A stretch of 64,000 nucleotides of DNA from the IMG/VR virus record IMGVR_UViG_3300032144_000002, positions 12,575 through 76,574 of that record. One strand, 5' to 3'. The notes beneath the pieces are model-generated. The model was not told where the DNA came from, made no database searches, and saw only the letters and a program-made list of their open reading frames with translations. This DNA is from a virus (taxonomy: Duplodnaviria > Heunggongvirae > Uroviricota > Caudoviricetes). The translations under genes were made by a program, and so were the position numbers. Below, piece by piece: positions 26,239 through 34,975 of the stretch (the first letter of the stretch is position 1; each line of letters begins with the position of its first letter).

Positions 26239-27330
26239 CTACTCCTCGTCGTCGTACACGACGCGCGGTTCGCGTGGCGGATGGTAACGGCTGCGCGGCC
26301 TGCCCTCGTCCATCTTGACCCGCATGTACTTGTCGAACTCGCATAGCGAATGCTCGATTTCACGCAGCTCAAGCGGGCAATCGACACCAGTGCGCAGGTG
26401 CTTGCGCAAATCCTCCGGCATCGCCGCTAATAGCATGCGCATCGCTTCGATGTAGTCGATGCCTCCTACCTTCGTATGCTTACCATACATCAGGCGACGG
26501 ATGCCGCGCATGGCACCGGGTCCCGGGTTGGCCCACGAAAGTACGTCCTTCGCGCGGTGCAGCACCTTGGTGAACCGCAGGTCGCAGGCCAGCTCGTAAC
26601 CGATGAATCCGCCGATGGTAGGTACACTCATCAGCACTTCAACGGCGTACTGCATTGAAGGTCCTTCGTATTGATTGGTGCCCGGTATCTTGCGGCCGCG
26701 CCGTATCTTGTTGGCCAGCTTGATCTTGCGCTTCCACACATAGTCGACTGCGTCGCAGATGACTTCGATCTTCGGGTCGTCGCGCCCGCCGTTCGGAATG
26801 ATGTACGCGCCGGTGAAGATCTGCTCGTGGTCTTCGTCCTTGCGCTTGGTGAGGATGCGTATCGCGTCCTTCTTGTCCCACTTCTTCATGCCGAAGTACA
26901 GCGCATCGTAGGTCTCTGGCAGATTGAACAGCCGGAACATCACGTTGTGAAAAAGGATGTCGCTGGCCAGAACCTTCTTGGTGCCATTAGCCGAATTGAT
27001 CAGGTTGATATAGCGGTCTTGCCAAGCTAGACTGACGCGGTCGAGCTGGCGGTACACGTTGGTGAACTTGAACTCGTTTAGGATTCGATCCTGCGTCCAT
27101 GGGTACGGCGCTTTGTCCTTGAAGCGCTTCAGGTAGATGGCGTGGCGCTCGCTCATCCAATACCAGAACAGCTTCAGCTGCGCTGCCAGAAACTTGATCT
27201 TGGGTTTCTTCTTCGGCTTCTCCACCGACTTCGGCGAGTGCTTGCTGGCTATGCCGACGCGCGTAGCCTTCAGTCTGATTACACCGCGCACCAGCTTAGC
27301 TTTCTTCTTTCGCTTCACTTGTGACCTCAC
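26239..27330 (-). CDS. Conserved hypothetical protein with Lys-rich N-terminal tail (possible nucleic-acid binding) located at the head of the modification cluster
   Basis: 363 aa; N-terminal KRKKKAKL...KPKKKPKIK; conserved-looking core WYWMSERHAIY...NVYRQLDRVS; no family recognised by eye. Confidence 0.4.
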   Translation of the reverse strand: MRSQVKRKKKAKLVRGVIRLKATRVGIASKHSPKSVEKPKKKPKIKFLAAQLKLFWYWMSERHAIYLKRFKDKAPYPWTQDRILNEFKFTNVYRQLDRVSLAWQDRYINLINSANGTKKVLASDILFHNVMFRLFNLPETYDALYFGMKKWDKKDAIRILTKRKDEDHEQIFTGAYIIPNGGRDDPKIEVICDAVDYVWKRKIKLANKIRRGRKIPGTNQYEGPSMQYAVEVLMSVPTIGGFIGYELACDLRFTKVLHRAKDVLSWANPGPGAMRGIRRLMYGKHTKVGGIDYIEAMRMLLAAMPEDLRKHLRTGVDCPLELREIEHSLCEFDKYMRVKMDEGRPRSRYHPPREPRVVYDDEE

Positions 27331-27541
27331 TTCGGAACACAGAAGGCTTTGACTCGCGTGCCGAACGGATTGTTCGCTTCGGCTGCGCGTGCGGCTACCT
27401 CGCAGGTAGTCTTGGTGGTGAACTCGGCGGTAGTAACAGCGCCGCCGCCCTCGGTCTTGATAGCGGCCAGCATGATAATCAGAACGTACATAGGTACTCC
27501 AGAAAATGGAGGGCGCCGTTGCCAGCGCCCTCCGCTGCCGA

Positions 27542-28939
27542 TTACTCGGCGACGATGAAGCCCTTCTTGATGAAGCGTGGAACCCACGTCTTCACCTTGG
27601 CCGGCGCGATGCCTTCTTCCTTGGCAGCCGCCAGCAGCTTCTTGAACGTGATGCCCGACTTGGGGATCAGTTCGTTGGCCAGCTTGGACTTCGGCCCACC
27701 GCCGGGGCGCTTCTTGCCGCGCTTCAGCTTGGTGGAATCCTCCAGCTTGAACTTGGCCGGCTTCTCAGCCTTCTCGGCCTTCGCCTTCTTGGCCGGTTTC
27801 TCGGCCTTCGCCTTCTTGCCCTTCTTCGCTCTCACTTCCTTCTCCTCGTCGTCTTCGTCGTCCTCGTCGTCCTCGCCGTCTTCCGAGTCATCGTCCTCGT
27901 CGTCGGCGTCCTTGGCCTTCTTGCCCTTGGCTTTCTTGCCCTTGGCGAAGCCCTTGGCCTTGGGCTTCTTCTTGCCCTTCTTGGGCTCTTCGTCATCCTC
28001 GTCTTCCGAGTCCTCGTCTTCCGAGTCCTCGTCTTCCGAGTCTTCGTCTTCGTCGTCCGACTCATCGTCCTCGTCGTCCGACTCGTCATCCTTGGCCTTC
28101 TTGCCACCCTTCGCCTTCTTGCCCTTCTTGCCCTTGGGCTTCTCGTCTTCGTCCTCGTCTTCCGACTCGTCGCCACCTTCGACGGTTTCTTCGTCCTCGT
28201 CTTCGTCGTCGGCCGCCTCGGCCTCCATCGCCTTCATGGATGCCTTGCGCAACTCTTCATCACTCATCTTGTCCTCCTTCGAGGGACGTTTCTTGGATTC
28301 GACGGGCCACTCATCAAGCACAGTGCGGTCCGTCAGCCGCAGCGTGCCTTTCTTCTCCACGACCTTGAATGCTTGCAGCATCAAGTGTCTGGCGAAATTG
28401 AATGCTTCAGACCATGTCTTCGTGTTCAGACCAATGGGCGCTTCATCAGCGGTCAGCGCCGTGCGTATCAGAATCGAGAGTTCGGTCCACGACAGCGCGC
28501 TCAATATCGAGATAATCTCGTACATGAACTCGCCGTCGGCCTTCTTCTCTTCCAGATACTCGCGGTACTTCGGGGGCTTGCGCTCCTTCCGCTTGCACGC
28601 ATCAATGAACTCATCAAACAAGTTGCTGGTGTAGACCGGGATCTTTTCCTCGTTGATCAACGCCAGCCGTAGGTCCTCGCCACGCAGACTGGTGCCGTGT
28701 CGCTTCTTGCTCTTGCGTCCCTGCTTGGCTTCGGCGCTGGCTTCTTGTCGGCGCTTTCCGGCTTTGCTGTACTGCTTGAGCTCTTCGCGCGTACTCGGCA
28801 CAAAGCCTTTGGTCACGGTAGAGCGCTGTTCCACTTCCAAGGTCATGCGCTCTTTGCCCTTGCGGCGTTTCTTCTTGCGAGGGCGCTCTTCTTGATCTTC
28901 TGCTTCGTCGTCCTCGTTACGCTGCTTCCCGAAACCCAT
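27542..28939 (-). CDS. Polyampholyte protein 1: folded N-terminal domain followed by about 200 aa of poly-Asp/Glu tracts alternating with Lys-rich KKGKKAK blocks
   Basis: Runs of (E/D)10-30 separated by KGKKAKGGKKAK; consistent minus-strand codon usage; mirror-strand ORFs are Ser-rich artefacts. Confidence 0.55.
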   Translation of the reverse strand: MGFGKQRNEDDEAEDQEERPRKKKRRKGKERMTLEVEQRSTVTKGFVPSTREELKQYSKAGKRRQEASAEAKQGRKSKKRHGTSLRGEDLRLALINEEKIPVYTSNLFDEFIDACKRKERKPPKYREYLEEKKADGEFMYEIISILSALSWTELSILIRTALTADEAPIGLNTKTWSEAFNFARHLMLQAFKVVEKKGTLRLTDRTVLDEWPVESKKRPSKEDKMSDEELRKASMKAMEAEAADDEDEDEETVEGGDESEDEDEDEKPKGKKGKKAKGGKKAKDDESDDEDDESDDEDEDSEDEDSEDEDSEDEDDEEPKKGKKKPKAKGFAKGKKAKGKKAKDADDEDDDSEDGEDDEDDEDDEEKEVRAKKGKKAKAEKPAKKAKAEKAEKPAKFKLEDSTKLKRGKKRPGGGPKSKLANELIPKSGITFKKLLAAAKEEGIAPAKVKTWVPRFIKKGFIVAE

Positions 28940-30401
28940 ACGTTTTCTCCATTGCTTTCAGAATGCTTCGCTGCGTCTTGTCCTTCATCTTGATGGACAA
29001 CCGCATAACTTCATCAACCGTGTTGCGTGCCAGAATCCTGTACAACAGCACGCGCCGTCGCTGGCCTTGCCGCCACACTCGCTGGTAGAACTGTTCGTAG
29101 TTCTCCAAGTTCCATGTCATGGCGTAATAGACAACTATACCACCCTTACCTTGAAGGTTCAAACCGTGCGCTATCGACTCTGGGTTGCCGAACACTACCG
29201 GGTGCTCGCCTTCTTCCCACTCGTCGATGATACGGTTGACTACCTCGTCCTTCGTACCGCCGTCTATCAGCGGCGCGTTCCAGAACTCTTTCGGCGCACC
29301 TTCCTTTTTGAAGTGCGATTGAATACGTTGATAGTCGTGCTTGAACTCGACCGCTACCAGCGCTGGCTCGCCGCTCAGCTCTTCGAGCAGGTCAAGAAGA
29401 TTTGCCTCCTTCTCATCATGTACCGTCAAGAACTTTCGCTTCTTGAGCTTGCGGTCTTTCTCCCAGTCGCCATCCATGTACCGACCGCGCTGGTCCACGA
29501 AGATACCACCGTTGGCGATCTGACGTAGCTTGCCGCTAGCGACCGCAGCATTGGCCGCCACGATCTCCCTGCTTTGCCACTGCACCACGAACTCTTCTTC
29601 AAGCTCATCGTACATCTTGCGCGCTTTGGGCGGTAGCTCAACCCATCGGTTGATCACCTTGAGTGGTGGCAGGTCAAGCTGGTCATGCCCGTAGCGAATG
29701 ACCATCGGCTTGATGCGCTTGAAGATGCGCTTCTCGCCACCGTCCTGTATCACCCACTCGCGGCCCATGTACCCAGACGGCATGAAGTAGTTGTTTCGGT
29801 ACTCCGTGATCCACTTGCCAAGCGCCGCGCCCATGTCGAGAATGAACACCTGACTGAACAGGTTCATCAGACCACGCGGAGCTGGCGAGCCGGTGCCTAT
29901 GTACCGTCTGACGAATATCGGCAGTATCTTCTTCAGCGCTCTGAATCGCTGCGTGTTGTGATTGCGCAGCCTCGATGACTCGTCTATGTGCAGCATCACC
30001 TTGCCCTTCGACTTGAGCAAGCGCTTCTGCTTCTTCAGCCACGGCAGTCCTTCGAAGTTCATCAGGTAGATGTCGGCCGGGGCCTGCAGCGCCTCCTTGC
30101 GCTTGCCATGTACGATGCTGACCTTGATGTTCTCAAGGCCCTTCCACTTCTTCACCTCACGTGGCCACACGTTCTGGATGATCTTCTTCTTTGAGATGAC
30201 GAAGAGCCGGTCAACCAGCCCTAGGTCGCGCAGTATCTTGAAGATGAACAGGATGATCGCAGTCTTGCCCAAGCCCGGCGCGAGAAAGAACCCGGCTGCC
30301 GGTCGGCTAATGCCGAACTTGATTGACTCCTTTTGGAAAGGTTTTGGTACGAAGGATTTTCTTGCAGATACTGAGCGCTTCTTTTGCCGTGTAGACCACA
30401 T
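28917..30401 (-). CDS. SNF2-family (SF2) DNA-dependent ATPase/helicase
   Basis: Walker A APGLGKT, DExH-like HIDESSRLRN, motif III GTGSPAP, C-terminal helicase domain. Confidence 0.8.
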   Translation of the reverse strand: MWSTRQKKRSVSARKSFVPKPFQKESIKFGISRPAAGFFLAPGLGKTAIILFIFKILRDLGLVDRLFVISKKKIIQNVWPREVKKWKGLENIKVSIVHGKRKEALQAPADIYLMNFEGLPWLKKQKRLLKSKGKVMLHIDESSRLRNHNTQRFRALKKILPIFVRRYIGTGSPAPRGLMNLFSQVFILDMGAALGKWITEYRNNYFMPSGYMGREWVIQDGGEKRIFKRIKPMVIRYGHDQLDLPPLKVINRWVELPPKARKMYDELEEEFVVQWQSREIVAANAAVASGKLRQIANGGIFVDQRGRYMDGDWEKDRKLKKRKFLTVHDEKEANLLDLLEELSGEPALVAVEFKHDYQRIQSHFKKEGAPKEFWNAPLIDGGTKDEVVNRIIDEWEEGEHPVVFGNPESIAHGLNLQGKGGIVVYYAMTWNLENYEQFYQRVWRQGQRRRVLLYRILARNTVDEVMRLSIKMKDKTQRSILKAMEKTYGFREAA

Positions 30402-30651
30402 ACGTCGGAATCCCCATACTCTTGAATCGTCGCCGGTAGTATTCTTGTATCTTGGTCGGCTGCTTGCCGTCCTGCTTGAACTCGAACGCTACCGGAATGG
30501 CGAAGGGCTTGCACGGCAGAAGCACCAGCTTGTCACTGCGCCCTACTCTGCCGTACCTACCTACCATCATCAGCTTGATGACTTCGGCGTCCCATCGCTC
30601 TTCTACCTTCTTCTTGAACTTGCGCTCTTCGACTGCTTCGCGCTTGCTCAT
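30307..30651 (-). CDS. VRR-NUC domain nuclease
   Basis: PVAFEFKQDGKQPTKIQEYY...GIPTYVV fits VRR-NUC (PD-(D/E)xK variant: E-x-K...Q) and is typically paired with SNF2 helicases; overlaps SNF2 ORF in another frame. Confidence 0.55.
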   Translation of the reverse strand: MSKREAVEERKFKKKVEERWDAEVIKLMMVGRYGRVGRSDKLVLLPCKPFAIPVAFEFKQDGKQPTKIQEYYRRRFKSMGIPTYVVYTAKEALSICKKILRTKTFPKGVNQVRH

Positions 30652-30893
30652 CGCCGCTTGCCACGGTCACGATAGTCAACGTATCTGCTGACGCCGCTGG
30701 CCGGAGCTATGGCTGTCAGCATCTTGCCTTTGGCCGGTATGTCGTACCTGATCGGGCAGTACGGCCCGGTCTTGACGTAGCGGCCATCTTCGATAATACC
30801 GTTCAGCACGACGTTGCGCATTGGCCAATCGCGGACACGCGTGGTCTCAACGACGCGCGTGTTGCTCTTGTGGAGCACACTAGTATAGATCAT
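30648..30893 (-). CDS. Hypothetical protein
   Basis: 81 aa ORF, ATGA overlap with neighbours. Confidence 0.3.
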   Translation of the reverse strand: MIYTSVLHKSNTRVVETTRVRDWPMRNVVLNGIIEDGRYVKTGPYCPIRYDIPAKGKMLTAIAPASGVSRYVDYRDRGKRR

Positions 30894-31141
30894 TCGATGA
30901 CGTCACCGCACATCGGCAGCCCGTCCTTCCCCAAACGTGGCGTCAGGCCAGAGATACCACCGCCCTTCACGTACTGACAGCCGGTCTCGGCGTCTACCAT
31001 GAAGTAAAGCTTCTGTTCACTTGGGGCCGCTACTTTCAACGCGGTGTCGGGCCGCTCTTTGCACCCGATCAGCACGACGCCCACCAGCACCGCGATACAC
31101 AGCCCACCAGCGAAACTATTCACGTCTCTACGTTCGCTCAT
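30890..31141 (-). CDS. Small putative lipoprotein
   Basis: Signal peptide with lipobox-like LIGC. Confidence 0.35.
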   Translation of the reverse strand: MSERRDVNSFAGGLCIAVLVGVVLIGCKERPDTALKVAAPSEQKLYFMVDAETGCQYVKGGGISGLTPRLGKDGLPMCGDVIE

Positions 31142-31413
31142 CAGTTACCTCGGCTAAGTCTGTCGATTATCTTCGGCCAGTACCACTCGAAGAAGCTGAG
31201 GTTCATCGGTGCGTCCAGCAACTCTGGCACTACCATGCGCGCCTCACGCTTCGCCCTCACAATGCGCCGTACCATTGATTCGCGGGCATGGTACTCAGCC
31301 ATGAACCGCGAATCAGGGAATGCTAGCTCGATCACGCTGCGAGCATCCACCTCGCCGTCACCGGTGACTTCCATGTCCTGCTCAAGCAGGGTTATCAACT
31401 CGCTGCGTTTCAT
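31141..31413 (-). CDS. Hypothetical protein
   Basis: 90 aa ORF in co-directional tightly packed operon. Confidence 0.3.
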   Translation of the reverse strand: MKRSELITLLEQDMEVTGDGEVDARSVIELAFPDSRFMAEYHARESMVRRIVRAKREARMVVPELLDAPMNLSFFEWYWPKIIDRLSRGN

Positions 31414-31415
31414 TG

Positions 31416-32168
31416 CTAGCTTCCCCTATGGTAGTTCTGACATGGACCGCCCTTGTCTGCGCGCAAGAAGCACCACTTGCAGTTGCCTTCCGATGGCGAG
31501 GCTGGCCACGTCTTGCGCTTCGAGAGCAGCTCCTTGCCTCGTTCTTCCCACTTGCGCATCGCCGCCTTCAGGTGGCTGCGATCGAACTCATGGTGGATGA
31601 TGTAGCCTTGATCGGCATACCAGAATTCCGCCTCAACGCCGTCCGCTTTCGGAAACAGCGACAGCCCGATGCAGCCGTACACTTCGCCTTGTTCAATGTG
31701 CGTCTTGTACTCGCGGCCGGTCTTCAGGTCGTATATGAACAAGCGATTGTCAGTTATGCGGCTAGGCGCCACCGCACCGTCCATCTTCATCACAAGCCAC
31801 GATCCGTAGCTCGTAGGTTCCCACCGCTGGTTCACTCCCCAGAACTGCTCAACGATCGGCGACGCTGCCTTGAGTCCGCGGTACTCCGACTTGAAAGAGT
31901 CCAGCGGCTTCGGCAGACCCTGCACGTTGCCCTTCAGGTACTGCTCGGCTACCTTGTGCAAAGCATTGCCGCGCTCAAGGAACTGATTGGTGCCTTCCGA
32001 GAACCCAAGGATCTTGCAGCAGTAGTACATGAACATGCACTTGTTGAACAAGCCCCACGCCGAGTAGGACCATCCAGTAGGCCAGCGCTCTTCACGACCT
32101 TTTAGCGGGTCGCTTTCTCTTTTTGGTTTCGACTTTACTTTCAGCTTGAACTTCTTCGACGACTTCAT
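31416..32168 (-). CDS. PD-(D/E)xK exonuclease, Cas4/RecB-like with C-terminal Fe-S cysteine cluster
   Basis: IYDLKTG (D-x-K catalytic motif), C-terminal CKWCFLRADKGGPC plus N-terminal Cys residues. Confidence 0.7.
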   Translation of the reverse strand: MKSSKKFKLKVKSKPKRESDPLKGREERWPTGWSYSAWGLFNKCMFMYYCCKILGFSEGTNQFLERGNALHKVAEQYLKGNVQGLPKPLDSFKSEYRGLKAASPIVEQFWGVNQRWEPTSYGSWLVMKMDGAVAPSRITDNRLFIYDLKTGREYKTHIEQGEVYGCIGLSLFPKADGVEAEFWYADQGYIIHHEFDRSHLKAAMRKWEERGKELLSKRKTWPASPSEGNCKWCFLRADKGGPCQNYHRGS

Positions 32169-32370
32169 CAGTGGGCGCCTCCACGATTACCAGACCATCA
32201 ACTTCGAGCGACTCTTTGTAGAGTTCCATGAACCGATCAAACGTCACCTCGTGTGAACCCTCTATCAGGGATCTTAGCGACGCTTGGTCTCCATCGCGAA
32301 GAAGCTTCGGGCGGTACTCTTGCACATACCCATCCTTGCCCTCAGCACGAACAATCAACTGTATCTTCAT
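32092..32370 (-). CDS. Hypothetical acidic protein
   Basis: 92 aa. Confidence 0.3.
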   Translation of the reverse strand: MKIQLIVRAEGKDGYVQEYRPKLLRDGDQASLRSLIEGSHEVTFDRFMELYKESLEVDGLVIVEAPTDEVVEEVQAESKVETKKRKRPAKRS

Positions 32371-32732
32371 CCGATCTGTCTGAGCCTCATTTCGATTTCA
32401 AGTGATGGGCGGCCGTACACACTGCGATAGTGCATGTCGTCGTATCGTGCGACAGACACTTCGCTCATGTGCATAGAGTGCATCAGTTCGACGACTGCGT
32501 AAGTGCCGGCCACGCTGCCGTCATCGTTCAGCAGAGTGAGGCTGGCATTGCAATCGCGAAGATCGCTCAAGTACATCACCGCGCCATGACGTTGCGGTGT
32601 CAGCAGCTTGAGCGTCTCGCCTGTCTTCGGTGGCTCAGGTGCCGGCAGCGCCAACTGCGCCGCCAGCTCCTTTGAGATCGCCACGCCAGCCGGCGCGAAT
32701 GCGGCGCCGATCAGAAAGCCTCGGCGGTTCAT
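32367..32732 (-). CDS. Putative secreted protein with twin-arginine (Tat)-like signal
   Basis: MNRRGFLIGAAFAPAGVA resembles S/T-RR-x-FLK Tat motif plus hydrophobic h-region. Confidence 0.35.
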   Translation of the reverse strand: MNRRGFLIGAAFAPAGVAISKELAAQLALPAPEPPKTGETLKLLTPQRHGAVMYLSDLRDCNASLTLLNDDGSVAGTYAVVELMHSMHMSEVSVARYDDMHYRSVYGRPSLEIEMRLRQIG

Positions 32733-33055
32733 TTCTTGAATGCCTCTTTGACTAATCCGGTCCAGTACCCGAGCTTGCTCTTGCCCCGGCCGCGCGGTGG
32801 CAGACGCTCAGTAGGAGGTTCTGGCGGTGCAGGCCGAGAGGCCGGTGCCGAAGCACCGACCTCCACGGACACGGTCCGCGTATCAACCACGCTGCTGCCG
32901 CTGACGTTGCCGCAGTACGGACAGACGCCACCAGAATCAAAGCGTTCGCGGTGATTGATCACGTGATCGCACCGCCGGCAAAGAACCCTCGCCTCGAAGC
33001 GTTTGGGCGCGTGGGTGTTGTTGGCCATGTCGATGAACCTACTTGGTTGGAACAT
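32729..33055 (-). CDS. Zinc-ribbon protein
   Basis: CRRC...CPYC. Confidence 0.3.
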   Translation of the reverse strand: MFQPSRFIDMANNTHAPKRFEARVLCRRCDHVINHRERFDSGGVCPYCGNVSGSSVVDTRTVSVEVGASAPASRPAPPEPPTERLPPRGRGKSKLGYWTGLVKEAFKK

Positions 33056-33917
33056 TCACGAACGGCACAGCGCCACCACCGAACATGTACGTCGGCAGCA
33101 CGCCGTTCCATTTCTGGACCGCTTCCCATTCCACGAGCTTGGCGTTCTGTTCGAGCGCTCTTGCACGGATGGAAATGGATTCAGCCTCGGCCTTCGCGTT
33201 CAGGATGGTGGCTTCGGCGTTGCCTCGCGCGGTTTCGATCTGCTGCGTTGCCTGCTCCTTGATCTGAACAGTTCGGTTCTGTTCTTCGATGGCCTTCTGC
33301 TCGGCGACTACCTTCGCCTCAACCGCGTTCTCGAACGCCGAAGTGTAGACGATGTCGGTCAGCTGAAAGCCGGCAACGATCACACGCCGCTTGGCCAGCG
33401 AAGCTGTGATGTTGGTCTCCATCAGACGTGTCGCAGCGTTGCGATTCTCGATCAGTGGCACCGCGTTGTGCTGCCCGACCTCACGCTTGATCTCCTCGAC
33501 CACGACCTGCCCGACCAGCTTGGCGGCCCAGTCCTCGCCGACTTCACGGTACACGAGGTGCGCGTCGGATGGCGACAGCGAGTACGTGAGCGTGAAGTTG
33601 ATGTTGGCCTGCTGCACGTCCTTGGTGTACGAGGACGTCTTGCCCTCCCACTTGAACTGGCGGATATCCATTTTCACCATGCGCTGCGTGAAGGGCATCA
33701 GGAAGTACAGGCCCTCGGGCAGCGACTGGTCACCGGGCTTGCCGAGCGTGACCTTCACGCCGCGATGGCCGGCTTCGACTGTGGTCATCGAGCATGACGC
33801 CATGATAAAGAAGAACAGAAGGCCGAGACCCAAGGCAACCCATTGCATCACGCGCCGCACGGTCTGCACCGTCTTGGCCCGCTCGATTGCCTGCATCTCT
33901 TCGTAACTGCGACTCAT
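33039..33917 (-). CDS. SPFH/band-7 (prohibitin/HflC-like) membrane protein
   Basis: N-terminal TM then HRGVKVTLGKPGDQSLPEGLYFLMPFTQRMVKMDIRQ... and C-terminal coiled coil, typical of the stomatin/prohibitin fold. Confidence 0.7.
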   Translation of the reverse strand: MSRSYEEMQAIERAKTVQTVRRVMQWVALGLGLLFFFIMASCSMTTVEAGHRGVKVTLGKPGDQSLPEGLYFLMPFTQRMVKMDIRQFKWEGKTSSYTKDVQQANINFTLTYSLSPSDAHLVYREVGEDWAAKLVGQVVVEEIKREVGQHNAVPLIENRNAATRLMETNITASLAKRRVIVAGFQLTDIVYTSAFENAVEAKVVAEQKAIEEQNRTVQIKEQATQQIETARGNAEATILNAKAEAESISIRARALEQNAKLVEWEAVQKWNGVLPTYMFGGGAVPFVNVPTK

Positions 33918-34105
33918 TTAGACTCTCCATAGTTGAACAACACACGACGACCGCTGGCGGTAAGGATTGCCAGCGGCCAGATCACGGCGAGCAGAAGCCG
34001 GCGCACGAAGATGCGCCAGCCGCTGCCGCCGAATACGAGATCAGACAGCGACCACATGATGAACATGAAAGTCACGCCGATCAAAAGGAGTATCGGGTAC
34101 CTCAC
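33914..34105 (-). CDS. Small two-TM membrane protein (possible SPFH partner)
   Basis: 63 aa, two hydrophobic helices; ATGA overlap with SPFH gene. Confidence 0.35.
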   Translation of the reverse strand: MRYPILLLIGVTFMFIMWSLSDLVFGGSGWRIFVRRLLLAVIWPLAILTASGRRVLFNYGESK

Positions 34106-34428
34106 GCCGGCGCCGCCTCTTGCACGGAAGCAACGGCGGCCTTGGCCCGCAATGCGGCGAGCTCATTGTTGAGATCGTGCATCTTCTTGTTCAGGTCGGC
34201 GATCGTGCCGTCGCGCTTGGCAATGGTGGCCTGTTGCTCGCCCATCGTCTTGTTGTTGAGAGCCAGCTTTGCCTGCAGCTGACCGATCTGGTTCTTGAGC
34301 GTCTGAATCGTTCCCATGTTTGCCTCAGCGGTTGTAGATGTGATTGAGAATGGCGCTGGCGTGGCGTCCCTGATGTGCGGCATCGGCGACAGCGTTGTGC
34401 TTCTCGCCCTTGAAGTCGCCGGCTTCAA
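34102..34428 (-). CDS. Coiled-coil hypothetical protein
   Basis: Heptad-like LKNQIGQLQAKLALNNK...LNNELAALRAK. Confidence 0.3.
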   Translation of the reverse strand: MKPATSRARSTTLSPMPHIRDATPAPFSITSTTAEANMGTIQTLKNQIGQLQAKLALNNKTMGEQQATIAKRDGTIADLNKKMHDLNNELAALRAKAAVASVQEAAPA

Positions 34429-34975
34429 TACCGCGGAAAAGGTTCTTCAGCGTTCGGTAGCAGCGCACGTTGTACCACTTCCACGGCGCGGGTATCTGCT
34501 GCCGACGGTAAGCGTTGCCCAAGATGACCGGGTCGAAGTCTGCGCCGTTGCCCCACACCCACAGTTCGACTGTCTTGAAGCTCTTCTCGTAATGCGCTAC
34601 CTCGGCACTGCACCATGCCGCGAATGATTCGAGCACGTTGTCGAGTGTCAAGCCACGAGTATTAGTGAGCGCAGCTTTGGCGGCTTCCGTTTGATCGGCC
34701 CACCACTTCTTGGTGGCTTCTTCGGTGACCGAGCCCGGCTGGTCAGACCCATCACATGTGGCATAGAACCGATTGCCAACTTCTCGCTCGTCGAAGAACA
34801 CCGCGCCGACGGAACGAATGTAGGCATTGTTATCGAGGGCGAATGTTTCCAGGTCCAGCATGCAGTGCACCACCTTGCGCGTCGGCTTATACTTACTGGC
34901 CGTATGAGACGAGATCACGAACGCGATGATCACAGCAATCACCGCCACGAACCCAACTACTGCAATGAAATTCAT
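34325..34975 (-). CDS. DnaQ-like DEDD 3'-5' exonuclease with predicted N-terminal TM anchor (or soluble form from internal ATG near 34861 with AAGGTGGTG RBS)
   Basis: Exo I MLDLETFAL, Exo II WVWGNGADFD, Exo III HNAVADAAH; N-terminal IAVVGFVAVIAVIIAFVI; ATGA coupling to upstream gene supports the long form. Confidence 0.6.
   Translation of the reverse strand: MNFIAVVGFVAVIAVIIAFVISSHTASKYKPTRKVVHCMLDLETFALDNNAYIRSVGAVFFDEREVGNRFYATCDGSDQPGSVTEEATKKWWADQTEAAKAALTNTRGLTLDNVLESFAAWCSAEVAHYEKSFKTVELWVWGNGADFDPVILGNAYRRQQIPAPWKWYNVRCYRTLKNLFRGIEAGDFKGEKHNAVADAAHQGRHASAILNHIYNR

Noticed and set aside
27321-28672. Plus-strand ORFs 27321-28634 and 27506-28672 (Ser/Leu-rich, 437 and 388 aa)
   Set aside because: Mirror-image reading of the GAn-rich coding repeats of the minus-strand polyampholyte gene; low-complexity composition and all neighbours on minus strand
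33003-33797. Plus-strand 264-aa ORF
   Set aside because: Antisense to SPFH gene with clear domain signatures on the other strand
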